A stretch of 64,000 bases of DNA from the NCBI RefSeq assembly GCF_006345805.1, contig NC_043011.1:11284001-11348000 (forward strand), in the 5' to 3' direction. Positions 11,528-24,808 of the stretch are shown here, one piece after another. The notes under the pieces were generated by a model that saw nothing but the letters and a program-made list of their open reading frames with translations, was not told the DNA's origin and ran no database searches. The translations under genes were made by a program, and so were the position numbers. The stretch is from Octopus sinensis. Its lineage: Eukaryota. Numbering within the stretch: position 1 is the first letter of the stretch; each line of letters starts with the position of its first letter.

Positions 11528-12759
11528 CATCACTCAAAAGTTTGCCATAGATCTAATAATGATTATGATGGTGATGATGGTATGATGGTGGCGGCGGTGG
11601 TGGTAGCACCGCCACCACCAGTGATGATGATAACAGCAGTGATGATAACAGTAATGACATTTAATATCATCATCGTTATCGCTCTGTTTGTATCGTGTTT
11701 GATAAAGCAAGAGACGATTATAGCAAATGTTCCTTTCTCTGATTCAACTTTGCACTTGAATCTGTTTCTATATAAATTAATACACATAAACAAACATGCT
11801 TGCAAACATATTTACTAAACTTCTATGAACACGCTAGCAAATGAGAAGTTTTGTAAAGTGCTTTTGTCAGTCAGATTATTTTTATATTACTTCATTAATG
11901 TAATACAAAAACGGCTGTGCATCAGCATGGCCGCAGCTCTGAGCTGAAACTAGAAAAAAAAAAAAAAAGTAATAATATTACTTTTGATTCTGCATGTATG
12001 TGCATTTAAATATGCATTCTGACGTGTGTGTGTGTGTGTGTGTGTAATACATACTTAGTTTCAAAAGAGAAAAAAATTGTCAGTATAAATATTAATTAAA
12101 TAAATATTAAATATTAAAGTAGTATTAAATTAATTAAATAAATATTAATTAAATAAAGCTGAAGTTTCTCTGAACAAATGCTCCATTTATCAGGAGAGTA
12201 AATAATAGACATCATGCAAAAAAAATTATGTGCATGGTGCATGTACATATGTGTGTGTAAGTATGTGGTTTGAGTATATATGTATGTATGTTTGTATGCA
12301 TGCATGTGTGCATAAATGTATACATGTGTGTATATTAATTAAAATAATGATGTATACATTTATAATGTATATAATAGAATGTCACAAACCATGTCTCAAA
12401 GAGATGTACAGTTCTCTGAAATAAAATATTGGTTAGGACCATTCTATATTTGTACATACACATCACTTTATATATATATATAATGTCTATGTATACATGT
12501 GCATTTTTGTTAGTATGTAACTATGTGAGTGTATATGGCATACACACACACACATACGCACATGACTAAGTCTATATGCACATATATGGATAAGTTACCA
12601 ATAATATGGTGACTAAAGTTGGAAATGTACTTTTGGGACTGGGTTCACAGGTATAGTTGGTTCAGTAATTAAAATTGTGCTTTTTCCTAATTTTTAAAAT
12701 AAAAATATTTGTTGAATAAAATTAATAAACTCCCAGTTTTATGACAAAATCGCACCCTT

Positions 12760-13620
12760 AATACATAAGACCTTTCCTCTCTCTAATGTTGTCAAAGAGT
12801 CATTCTGAAACCTCAAGTCAGAGCTCGAAGGTGCTGCTTTGGTCACCACTGACCATCAAGTGCCTTTGGTCGTTGAGAGAGATCATCATCGTTTAACGTC
12901 CTTTCTCCATGCTAGCATGGGTTGGACGATTTGACCAGGGATCTGGGAAGCCAGAAGGCTGCACCAGGCTCCAGTCTTATCTGGCAATGTTTCTACAGCT
13001 GGATGCCCTTCCTAATGCCAACCACTCCGTGAGTGTAGTGGGTGCTTTTTACGTGCCACCGGCACAGGTGCCAGGCGAGGCTGGCATCGGCCACGGTCGG
13101 ATTGGTGCATTTTATGTGCCACCAGCACGGAAGCCAGTCGAGGCGGCACTGGCTTCTGATATTGCTATTGCCACAATCTTGAACCAGAATACACTTGTGG
13201 CTTTCTTCTCCAGAACACTTCGCAGTGAACAGAACCATTCCTGTTATTCATTGACTCTGCTATTTTTTACTTTTGGACTCCCTTCTTTCATCCATTCTGA
13301 TCATGGCACTGCTTTCAGGTCAGCTGAACTAAGACAATTTGTCCATAATGACCGGCAGGATGACCACATACGATCCAGCAAGAAATGGCCAGGTTGAAAG
13401 GCCCAATTAAACCTAATGGAAAGCCATTACTTTCGCACTAAAATCTAAGCGATTGAGTCTGAGTCATTGGCAGTGAGTACTACTTGATGTTCTACACTTC
13501 CTCCTCTGTATGGCCACTAACACCATGCGTCATGAGAGGCTGTTCAGTTTTCCCTGCTGCTCAACTTCCGGGACCTCACTACTAGAATGACTAGATGGAG
13601 CTGTGCTCCTGAGGAAACAA
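12760..13620 (+). mobile_element. Decayed Gypsy pol fragment (RNase H and integrase) split by a SINE at 12883-13155
   Basis: ...VPLVVE / ASDIAIATILNQ..VAFFSRTL (RNase H) and FGLPSFIHSDHGTAF (integrase) flank the SINE. Confidence 0.7.
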
Positions 13621-13640
13621 CAGCAGTTCTCTAGTTTTGC

Positions 13641-14215
13641 TTCATCATCATCATTATCATCGTTTAACGTCCGTTTTCCATGCTGGCATGGGTTGCACGG
13701 TTCGACCGGGGATCTGGGAAGCCAGAAGGCTGCACCAGGCTCAAGTCTGATCTGGCAATGTTTCTACAGCTGGATGCCCTTCCTAACGCCAACCACTCTG
13801 TGAGTGTAGTGGGTGCTTTTTACATGCTACCTGCACAGGTGCCAGGGGAGGCTGACAACGGCCATGATCGGATTGGTGCATTTTACGTGCCACCGGCACG
13901 GAAGCCAGTCAAGGCGACGCTGGCATTGACCATGATTCAGATAGTGCTTTTTACGTGCCACTGGCACGGAAGCCAGTCTAGGCGGTGCTGGCATCAGCCA
14001 CGTTCGGATGGTGCTTTTATGTGCCACCGTCTCAGAGATCACAACTGCAGTTTTCATTGATTTTGATGTTGGTGTACTTGACTCAATGGATCTCCTCAAG
14101 CACAGGGTCGAAATGGTGTTTCTCCACTTGCCACTTGCACAGGAGTCGGTCCAGCGGTCCTGGCAACTGCCGGGTGCCAGTCATAGGATTGGTTCAATTT
14201 CGATTCCGATTTGCT
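13641..14215 (-). mobile_element. (GAT)n-tailed modular SINE with four modules
   Basis: Modules start near 13816, 13881, 13948 and 14015. Confidence 0.8.
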
Positions 14216-14976
14216 TGTTTGATAAAATTACACTGATCAACAAAAAACTTATTTTCTAGCATAAAATCTTAGGGCTGTTTTAGACTAGTTTTGGATACTG
14301 ATTCTGAAACTGACCCCAGATTTGCTCTATCACCTTACATTTTTGTACTATCAGTATATACCTTTATTTACCTTTGAAGTCGCTTAAATTCTGTGGCTTT
14401 TTGGTTGTTTTGACTGTCTCCTTGCATGTAGAAATTGCCTGTTATAGGTAATTTCTCTTCGTATTTAAATGTATACTATTTTATATTGAATGATATGTCG
14501 TCTATTGACTTATTATACATGCTAGGCTACTGGTAGTGAAATTTATAAAAATTAACTACCCTATATAGATATCTAATGTATTGATAATAGCTTTTCAAAC
14601 TTCGTTTCGGCATTTTTCATTTTCTGCCGATTGAAACTTCGCTTGCGTAGTGGCTTTTGAAAAAACTATACCATATAAAGATGAGACACATGCTATTGGT
14701 CTCATAATTATAGGTTAGTCTTGGATCGCTTGGTTACTGATGAGGATTTGCCTAGTAAATTAAATTTAAATTATTTTATTTGCTAAAAAATCCGAAACCT
14801 ATAAGTATAACCGTAAAAACAAGGTAAAAGTTTTTTTTTACATTCCCTTTGAAATTGCTTAAATTCTGTGGTTTTTCGGTCGTTTTGACTGTCACCCTAG
14901 CATGTAGAAATTTCCTGTTATAGGTAATTCTCTTTGTGTTTAAATGTACACTAGTATATTATATATATATATATAT

Positions 14977-15272
14977 GTGGAGGCGCAATGGCCTAATGGT
15001 TAGGGCAGCGAACTCGTGGTCGTAGGGTCGCGGTTTCGATTCCCAGACCGGGTGTTGTGAGTGTTTATTGAGCGAAAACACCTAAAAGCTCCACGAATCT
15101 CCGGTGGTGATCCCTGCTGTACTCTTTCACCACTCTTTCTCTCACTCTTTCTTCTGTTGGCCTGCTCGCTTAGCCAGCGGGGTGGCGTCATTCGAAGGCT
15201 AAAACAATGCGAACGCATTGTGACCAGCGATGTGTAGCAATATCTGATGGTCTGGTCGGTCACGTGATCACG
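14977..15272 (+). mobile_element. SINE family B head (GTGGAGGCGCAATGG) with an alternative tail
   Basis: Head and centre match 36376 and 60411, then diverge after ~15165. Confidence 0.75.
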
Positions 15273-15804
15273 TGATATATATGTATATATAATTAAAATG
15301 TCAATAAAAGAAAATGGAGAGGAAAAATTAAAAAGACACTTGGTTTGTTTTATTGGAAAAGTAATGCAAATTAAAAGATGAAAAAATATACCTATAGGAG
15401 TATAAAAGGAACTGCCTCAACCAACAAAATAACCCAAAATTATCAACCCCCCCCCCCCCCCCAGATATTCTACATATATGTATATATGTTTCGATATAAC
15501 AATATTTAAGAATCATCAATAATTATAACTTTAAAAGATGTATATTGTTAGATCTCTTCAGGACAATGCTTAGATATTTTCAAATGTAAACAAACTTACT
15601 TTAAAAGACGCATATTTCATGTGCTTAGAAAGTTATTTAAAATTTAGCTAATATTGAATGTTAAAATGCTACTTAAACATCAAATCCATTTGAAAAGAAA
15701 TTCACACTTACTTATTACACATTATGTTATATTTATATTCATATTTACACCTATAAAGGTTAACACGATGGAGGTGGCAAAAGGACGGCCGTAACGCCTT
15801 GTGA

Positions 15805-15931
15805 GTGGTCTGCGCAGGCATAGTATCTGGCTCAGCGTTGAGCGCCCATGTCTGAATCCATTTTGGTTCTTTCGGAGCAAAGGTTCAACAAAAAGGACAA
15901 GACGATTTAGGATCAGTTTGTTGTACAGTTT
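15805..15931 (-). mobile_element. Non-LTR reverse transcriptase fragment
   Basis: KLYNKLILNRLVLFVEPLLRKNQNGFRHGRSTLSQILCLRR (QxGFRxxRS motif). Abuts the broken end of the element at 15932. Confidence 0.75.
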
Positions 15932-17508
15932 TACACACACGTACCCATCCATACGCATACTCGCACATAATCACGGCCCCTCTGCGTTTTCGCTCGTCGA
16001 TGTGCTAGGAATAACACCCAAATCCCCTTAAAACCATATACTACTGGGTTAAAGGAAGGGTACATTGGCTAATATAATCATAGATGCTATATCTGAAAAA
16101 AAAAGGGGGGGGGGCGCAAAAATACGGGTTTGTCATAGTTAGAACCCTTTGATCCTCAACCGGGTTTATCAGGATGACCTGAGTTAAATAGCAATAACAA
16201 TATATTTGTAATATTGATTATAGACACAAACATATATTTTGGGGTGAGTGGAGGGTATAATCATTTATATCGATCTCCAATACTTGATCGATGTATTTTC
16301 TCGACCGAGGAAGAACAGACGGCTTGTTTTGAATTCCGGTGAGGGTTGAAACCCGAACGTATAGGACCGTATCCCTAAACATTTTAACAGTCCTTTACCA
16401 AGCCCTTGTCAGAATGTGATATCATCTGATCCACATTATCTCTCTATTATTTGTCCACGCGTAAAAATATATCAAGGTGACATAGGTAAACTTCGACGAA
16501 AAATATAATGTAAAGCTAGCAGAATCGGTAGTGCATCGGATAAAATGCCTAGCGTCATTTCTTACGAATCTTTACGTTCCGTGTTCGAATATTGCTGAGC
16601 TTTCTTTCTTTCGGGCGGCGCTTATAGAATAAGTACCAGTTGAATACAATCGACTAGTTCTTCCCATCAGCTTCAGGCCTTGTACTTGCTGGGGAAAGAA
16701 ATATTATTAAGGAAGGGGATGGGGCAAGCTGGCAGAATCGTTCGTGCGTCGGACAAAATACCTTGTGGCATTTCTTCCGACTCCTCACGTTACCGTCGTC
16801 GTCGACTTTACCTTTCATGATCAATTAAGTACCAGTCAATGTAATTGATTAACCCCTCCTCCCAAATTGTTGGTCTTGTGCCAAAATTTTGTGCAATTTT
16901 ATTTTTTATATCGAAACTAAATATATAGTTTTAGCTCTCAAGGTGAACTCCAAGCAATTACCTATGATAAAAGGTATTCTAGGTTTGATCATCCCAAGTG
17001 TGACACCTACTCCAAAGGCACGATGAAGTGGTGGGCAGTTAAAATGTTTTAAAACGTGGATTTTTCAGAAAAATAAGATTTAATGCGAATTACATGTATT
17101 TTAGAGTGACGAAAATTACCGAAACCCCTCCAAAAATTTACTATCGAAATTTCATTTTATTCTCGACAGCTATTTCGAAAGCCCGCCGTATTTTTATTAT
17201 TATTCTGTCTGTTTAGGACTTTGTTATATGGGACGGTGATGTTTACATTTTAGCTATGTTAACTACGTCACAAAATAGCTGTTTGCGTCACAGTAACAAT
17301 ATTTTCAGAAGCAGTAAATAATATGAGGCCGAAAGAAAGAATATCATTGGTTAAAATTCGAATTTTTAAACAACGTTAAACTTAGAAATTACAATTCCGT
17401 TTTCATTTTGGTTTACAATTATGTTTTCTTTTGACACATTCTACCAGTATACGAAGTTTCAAATTGTTTAGTTACTAGGAAAATCTGGCTTTCAAAAGGA
17501 AAAGATCC
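15932..17508 (-). mobile_element. Truncated inverted copy of the 2-kb GGATC-ended (Merlin-like) element
   Basis: Reverse complement of 30993-32570 at about 99% identity. One TIR (ends AAAGATCC at 17508); no matching TSD found. Confidence 0.85.
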
Positions 17509-18213
17509 GAGAGATGTTCCCCTCTCATATGTTGTACCGTTAAGAGACTGAGGGATATAAGCGGACCTTAAATTCTACTCATTGCCTCATCTCCCTTACC
17601 TTCTTTCTTTTTCTTGTTTATCTATAAACAAACCTTTTGTAATGGTTTTAACTTGTGAATTCTTTTAAATTGTTACTGACCGAAGTAGAGACCGCTGGAC
17701 TTGGACTTACTCCATTGTGTACCACAGGGGGGGGGGATTCTTGAGGTTAATTTCCTGTGAGTGAATTTTTTCATTTAGTAACCTACGTGAAATTTTTTAA
17801 ACTTTACTTACGTTTACTCTGTTTAACATAGGTTTCACCTTTGAGAATTATATTAGTATCTTATTTACACAGAGCTTCTTGATAACCTCTTCCTTTAACA
17901 CCCTGACCCTGCCCCTCCAAACTGCACCCTCCCGTACAATTCCCCGTAACTTATTCGTTCGGCAAAAGAGACCGATAGAATAAGTACTAGGCTTACAAAG
18001 AATAAGTCCTGGGGTCGATTTCCGCAGTCAAATGACTGAAACAAGTAAAAGAGTAAAGAGTATACACACACACACACACACACACACACATCGTTCTTTG
18101 AGCTCGGATGGTAAATTTTGTTAAGTATACTTAACATATTGGGCTTTTAGACTATTTGTCTAAACTATATTCTCTTACCTCTTCCTTCTCCCTTTTGTAT
18201 GCTCTTGTTTTTC

Positions 18214-18328
18214 ACTCTGATGAAGATCGGTTGCCTTAATTTGAATGCCCTATGAAGATAAAGAACTTTATTTACGCATTTATCTATAAACTGCATTCTG
18301 AAAATTTTGATCAGAAACAGCTGTTAGC
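18214..18328 (+). ncRNA. Degenerate type I hammerhead-like motif in a PLE-type terminus
   Basis: CTGATGA-A-GATC...GATC-A-GAAAC-AGCT-GTT. Core intact, stem I only 2 bp. (TA)n begins at ~18410. Confidence 0.5.
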
Positions 18329-18405
18329 TTTGTTATGTACTGATAAACAAGATTTAAATGTGGTCCTATCGTTGTACTGGTTAATCTATGTTATTCTCCA
18401 TTTTC

Positions 18406-18983
<578 letters not shown>

Positions 18984-19039
18984 ATATATATATGTGTGTG
19001 TGTGTTGTCTCTGTATGTATGTATATATATATATGTATG

Positions 19040-19072
<33 letters not shown>

Positions 19073-19080
19073 TATATATG

Positions 19081-19470
19081 TAGGCGCGGGCATGGCTGTG
19101 TGGTTAGGGAGCTTGCTTCCTAGCTACATGGTTTCGGGTTCAGTCCCACTGCGTGGCACTTTGGGTAGGTGTCTTCCACTATAGCCCCGAGCCGACCGGA
19201 GCTTTGTGATTGAATTCGGTAGGTGGAAGTTACTGCCGTGTGTGTATGTGTGCGTATAGCTGCTCAGTGTCTCTCCGAAAGAGAGAGAGGGATATATATA
19301 TAGGCGCAGAAGTGGCTGTGTGGTAAGTAGCTTGCTTACCAACCACATAGTTCCGGGTTTAGTCCCACTGCGTGGCACCCTGGGCAAGTGTCTTTTATAG
19401 CCTCGGGCTGACTAAAGCCTTGTGAGTGGATTTGGTAGACGGAAACTGAAAGAAGCCCGTCGTATATATG

Positions 19471-19503
<33 letters not shown>

Positions 19504-19710
19504 TTGTGTTTGTTCCCCCAACATCGCTTGACAACCGATGGTGGTGTGTTTACGTCCCCGTAACTTATTCGTTCGGCAAAAGAGACCGATAGAATAAGTA
19601 CTAGGCTTACAAAGAATAAGTCCTGGGGTCGATTTCCTCGACTAAAATGCGGTGCTCCAGCATGGCCGCAGTCAAATGACTGAAACAAGTAAAAAAGTAA
19701 AGAGTATATA
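19081..19710 (+). mobile_element. Two SINE family A copies in tandem (head-only 19081-19250; full 19301-19710)
   Basis: Both carry GGCGC(A/G)G..TGGCTGTGTGGT heads. Confidence 0.8.
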
Positions 19711-20983
19711 AATATACACACATACACATATATATATAATAGTGGTACAACAATGCACCAATATTTACTGGAAATAGCAAACACATACAGAGAGAGAGAC
19801 ATTCATACACATTCGCATATGAAGTCACACACAGAAACAAACATACATATGTGTGTGCGCGCGCGCGCGTGCGTGCATAATTAGTTTGTAGCCTTCTCCA
19901 TGTGAATTTGATTTGACTTATCTATAAATAATTATGTGTATAAATTTTGTTTAGCAATAACTATTTTTTACGTACTGACTGAAATGTTCTACTGATAATC
20001 CTTAAGGAGTGGATGCAACTTATTAAGTGGTCCAAAGTCCAAATTAAGTGTTTTATCTTTCTGTTTATTGTACGAGTTGACTCTGTTTATGAGCATGTCA
20101 GATTTTGTAGCAAGTTGAAGGTCAATTGAAAGTTTAAAAATTTTGTTCTTTTTTCTCTCAAAGTCTTGGGAGGAATTCCACATGTACAATGTTACTTCAA
20201 AATTAAACTCAAGTAAGGCTGCTAGGAACTCCTGCATCTTCTACTCTGACACGTCACCGCTATAATAACTACAATAGTTGTAGGGTATATACATGTCTGG
20301 TACTTATATAATTCTTGGAAAGATGAGTGGTAAAATCATCCCCTCTTTTGTCTAACCAACATTGTAGTATGAAGCTGTAATCATTTTTGTTCACCAGCCC
20401 AAAGCTGTTCATAGCTTATACCACTCAAATTGGTATTAAATCCGAACGGTCAGTATGAAACTGGTTAAAAAAAGTTTGGACAAAGCTCGCGGAATACTGC
20501 TCAAAAATACTGCTCTGAGATTACAGAAAGCTATTGGTATGGCAACATGCGGTTTGCCCAATATATTTGAAATCAATTGTATTGTCTTTGTAGCAACAGA
20601 TGTTCTTGGTCAGCTATCCTAAACCGTCTCTCTGAGTTCTCTTCCTGGGTCGTCTACCTGGCAAAAAATAGAGACACATGTCTCTCAGCTGCCTCAACAT
20701 TATGCAAAAGTGGTCTTTTATTGGGTACAAGAAGATTGTAGAGGATTGAATCATGCCACGGCTTCATACTGATTGGTTGCTTAATAGAGTGATCATATGA
20801 AACTATTGTGGTTCAGTCGTGGTGTCTGACCACATAACGAGTGATTCGGTTTCGAATCACTGCCACACTATCTGCTAAATCCCCTCACAAGGCTCAGTTG
20901 GCGTGTGGGTTATAGTAGGTGTCATGCATTGAGACTGAACCTGGAACCATGTGGCTGGGAAGCAAACTTCTTATCACACAACC

Positions 20984-23900
20984 TGTTGTGAAAGGATTCC
21001 AACCACCCCAAGTAACTAAAGGTGAACTGATTCATTCATCCCTTGCTTCAATATATAACATATCTAATACAATGATATAAAAGTGGTGACGAGTTGTTCG
21101 AAGCTTGCGTTGGACGTTAAAAATTTTTTTTGTACGAAACCAAAGAAAAAGTTGCTTTAACATGGAAGACTTATTGGCTTCCATGGTGCAGTTGTAACAG
21201 CAACAACAACAGCAGTTACAGCAGCAACTACATTAGCAACAACAACAAAACCAACAGTTGCTAAAATTATTGTTGAAGAAGTATGAAAATAGTTCAGGTT
21301 CGTACTTGCCAGACAGAGTAGCAAACTCAATTGAAGAATTCAAATTCAACCCAGAATTGGAGAATTCAAATTCAACCTTCTCTGCATATTTTCGTCGATA
21401 CGATGAAATCTTCAAAGAAGAGTGTAAAAAATTGGTCTGATGACAAAAAAGTACGACTACTTTTAAGAAAGTTACCCCCTGCTAAACACAAAAAGTACTG
21501 TAATTATATTCTTCCGAAGAAGATGAGATTTGTTTCGATGAAATAATTAACATTTTATCGGAATTTTTGCAGTGAAAGAAGTTCCTCTGTTCAATACTTG
21601 CTGGCAATGTTTAAATTTGATCAAAAGAGATTATGAAGATTTCGTCACCTATGCCGGAACGGTTAACAGAGAGTGTGAGAAATTCAAATTGAATGAGTTA
21701 ACCCTGGTCATGTTCAAGTTTTTGATTTTTGTTCAAGGGCTAACTGCAAGCAAAGATGCAGATGTACATTCCAGGATATTAACAAAATTAGAACAGGACC
21801 AAACTTGAACTCTGCAGGCAGTAGGAGAAGAATGTGAGAGGATTATTAATGTACGACATGATGCAAATAAAATTAAAGAGAAAGATTGTTCTCAGATTCA
21901 AGCGTGTCAACCAGTTACAAATAAGAAAATAGAGAAAAGACAAAGTTGCATTGTATGACAGAACCTAAAAAATGGTTCAACAGAAAAAAAATCAAGTAAA
22001 CGGATTATCAAAAAAATATGAACGAGTCTCAAAGAAAATCTGTGTATGTAAAAATTAATAACACAAACGTAAAATTACAATTGGGTACAGTCAGCAACAT
22101 CTCAGTTATTAACACAGGTACGCAGAAAAAGCCCTGGAGACCTAAATTAAATGAAACCTGGAAAATTGCCAACGGTGTTTCAGGAAAAAAATTATATTTT
22201 AAGAGCAAATTGACGAGTAACATTACATTTCGTGAAAAACCCTTGACGGCTAAAGTTTTTGTGTTGAATAATAAAACAAACTTGTTCGGTACTGACTGGG
22301 TGGAATTGTTTTATTTATGGGACCTCTCCATAAATTTTTTCTGTAAATGGTTTTTCCTCCCATAGTCATCAGACGATTTGAAAAAAAAATTATATTTTTC
22401 CTGAAATTCTGTCCAATAAATTAAGTCTGTGTACCAAAACAAGGCATGGTTTCAAATACAAGAAAATGCCATACTGACATTTAAACAAAAACGAACAGTA
22501 CCGTTCGTAGTGTTAGAACAGATAAACTTAGAGTTAGAGAGACTATAAAATAATTGGAGTTATCCAAAAAGTGAAATACAGTAAATGGGAAGCATCAACT
22601 GTGTACATTAAGAATGATAAAATCGGAGCGTGCGCTGATTTTTCCACTGGTTTAAACAAATGTCTTAAAATGTGCCACTATCCGATACCTACTTCAGAGG
22701 ATATTTTTGCGAAATTAAACGGTGGCAAGATATTTTCTTAATTGGATTTCTCTGTCGCATACCTTACAGATTAGAGTAGATTATGAATGCTCTAAATACT
22801 TAACAATTAACACACATAAAAGACTGTATAAATACAACAGGTTACCATTTGGATTAAAAGTCACACCAGCGATTTTTCAACAGATTATGGATGCAATGTT
22901 AGTGGACTGTGAATTCACAATTCCATATCTGGATGATATATTCATTAAAAGGGAATGCAGTGATCAACACGAGCACGTAAAATATGTATTCGAAAAAATT
23001 AGGGATTACGGCTTTACTTTGAGTGGAGAAAAATGTGAATTTTTCTTACCGGAAATAAGATATCTAGGACAAATCATTGATAGAAATGAATGGACATTGA
23101 CCAGACTCGCCAGGGACAGATTCAAAAATATTCTCCCTCCGACTAATATAGCAACCTTACAAGCACTTTTAGGATTGGCAAATTATTACCAAAATTATAT
23201 TCCAAAAATGCATAAGATGACCCAAGGATTTCGAGAATGAAATCATTAATGAGAAGATGCTTATATTAGCCAACAATGGACGGTGACATTGAAGAATCAG
23301 TAAAAGCATACAGAGGATGTGCCTTAGCTGCAAAATCACCGACCACTAAATGGTAGCCGAGACCAAAAACATGTTCAATGAACCAGACTGTATATTGATT
23401 ATGCAGGTCCACTTAAGGGTTCATAATACCTTGTGGTGGTAACAGTTTTTCAAAGTGGCCGGAAGTGCATAAATGTAAAAAAAAAACTGACATCTGCGGT
23501 CACAGTAATTGTTTGCCAGGTATGGTATTCTGAATAGCATTGTGTCGGATAATGGAACTTAATTTATGTCAGACAAGTTCAGAAAATTTTGCAAAACGTT
23601 CGTTATCGAACATATCCCCACTCCGCCCTATCATCCTCGGTTAAATGGACAAGCAGAGCATTTTGTTGACACTTTCAAGAGGGCATTGAAAAAGGTGAAC
23701 AATTAAATGATGGACGATTCTGCACTTCAGCAATTTCTAAGAGTGCAACGAGTAACACCTGATCCGAATACACCGTCGGAGATGTCACCCGCAGAATTGA
23801 TGTTTGCTAGAAAGGTTAGATCTATTTTTGATAAGCTTATACCTAGTAAAAAAAAAAAAAAGGCAAACAACAAAAATACTTCAAAATTCTTCAAGTTAGG

Positions 23901-24452
23901 TGACAAAGATTTTTTTAAAACTATAGCCATGGTAAAGAAAGCTGGGAGGACGGTGTAATAAACAAACTGGAAGAATGATAGTCCTGGTAAAAAAAAAAAA
24001 ATTGAATACAAAAGACATATTAATCACTTGGAAAAACAGTCATGAGAAATGAAATCTCTTTGGAAGTACTGCACGACACGTTTGAGGTACCAACACCCAA
24101 ACAATTTGAAACTACACATTCTAGCACCAGAAAACAAGCAGAAAAGAACAGAAACACTGGAATTGAACCGTAAACGTAAGAGATATTAAAACTCTGAGTG
24201 GAGATCAATTCTCAAAAGGGGTGAAGATAGGGGAGACTGATTCTAAAAAGGGGAAATGTTGTGAAAGGATTCCGACCACCCCCAAGTAACTAAAGGTGGA
24301 TTGACTCATTGTTATAAATTAAAGAACTGTGAGCGATTGGCAGTTCGTGTTGGTAACAGTTCATTGTAGCCTTTGATATAGAGCGTTGAACCTCGTGTAA
24401 TAGTAGTTGCTCCTTCTTCGTTATATTATATATCTAATACGAGGATATAAAA
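20984..24452 (+). mobile_element. Decayed Gypsy LTR retrotransposon (gag, protease, RT, integrase; RNase H mostly deleted)
   Basis: LTRs 20984-21082 (internally deleted) and 24257-24452, both starting TGTTGTGAAAGG. PBS-like TGGTGACGAG, PPT before 24257, RT YLDD motif (ORF 22722-23240), TSD CAACC. Inserted into a SINE; many stops and frameshifts. Confidence 0.9.
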
Positions 24453-24703
24453 CAACCATGTCCTTTTCTTTTGCAAGAAAAGGATATGAAATATTTTCTT
24501 TTTTTTTAGCTTTATTTATTCAAAATAAATTGTATCAAAATATACTTCATAATATATAATTTGTGTTTTATTTTAAACTATCGACAATTGAATCCCCTTT
24601 CTTTTTGTGAGTCAGCAAGTATTGTTTCAAAGTTATTTACTGAGACTGTGTAGAGGCTTCCTTGAAACTACAAACGCATGCTTTCTCTTATCTGGATAGT
24701 AAG

Positions 24704-24744
24704 TATAAATAGAACTTGTCATATGAAAATCTTTTCAGTCAGTT
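24704..24744 (+). promoter_or_regulatory. PGRP core promoter: TATA box and initiator-like TCAGT
   Basis: TATAAATA at 24704-24711; TCAGTC/TCAGTT at 24735-24744, about 31 bp downstream; ATG at 24766. Confidence 0.6.
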
Positions 24745-24765
24745 GAACTACTTTGATGTGAAGCT

Positions 24766-24808
24766 ATGTCTGTTCTACTTCTGTTAGCAACTGTAATAAC
24801 GATGTCAG
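24766..24808 (+). CDS. PGRP: PGRP exon 1 (signal peptide)
   Basis: MSVLLLLATVITMS plus G|gtaaat. In-frame TGA upstream. Phase 1 joins exon 2 to give SEA/LQC, a plausible cleavage site. Confidence 0.8.
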
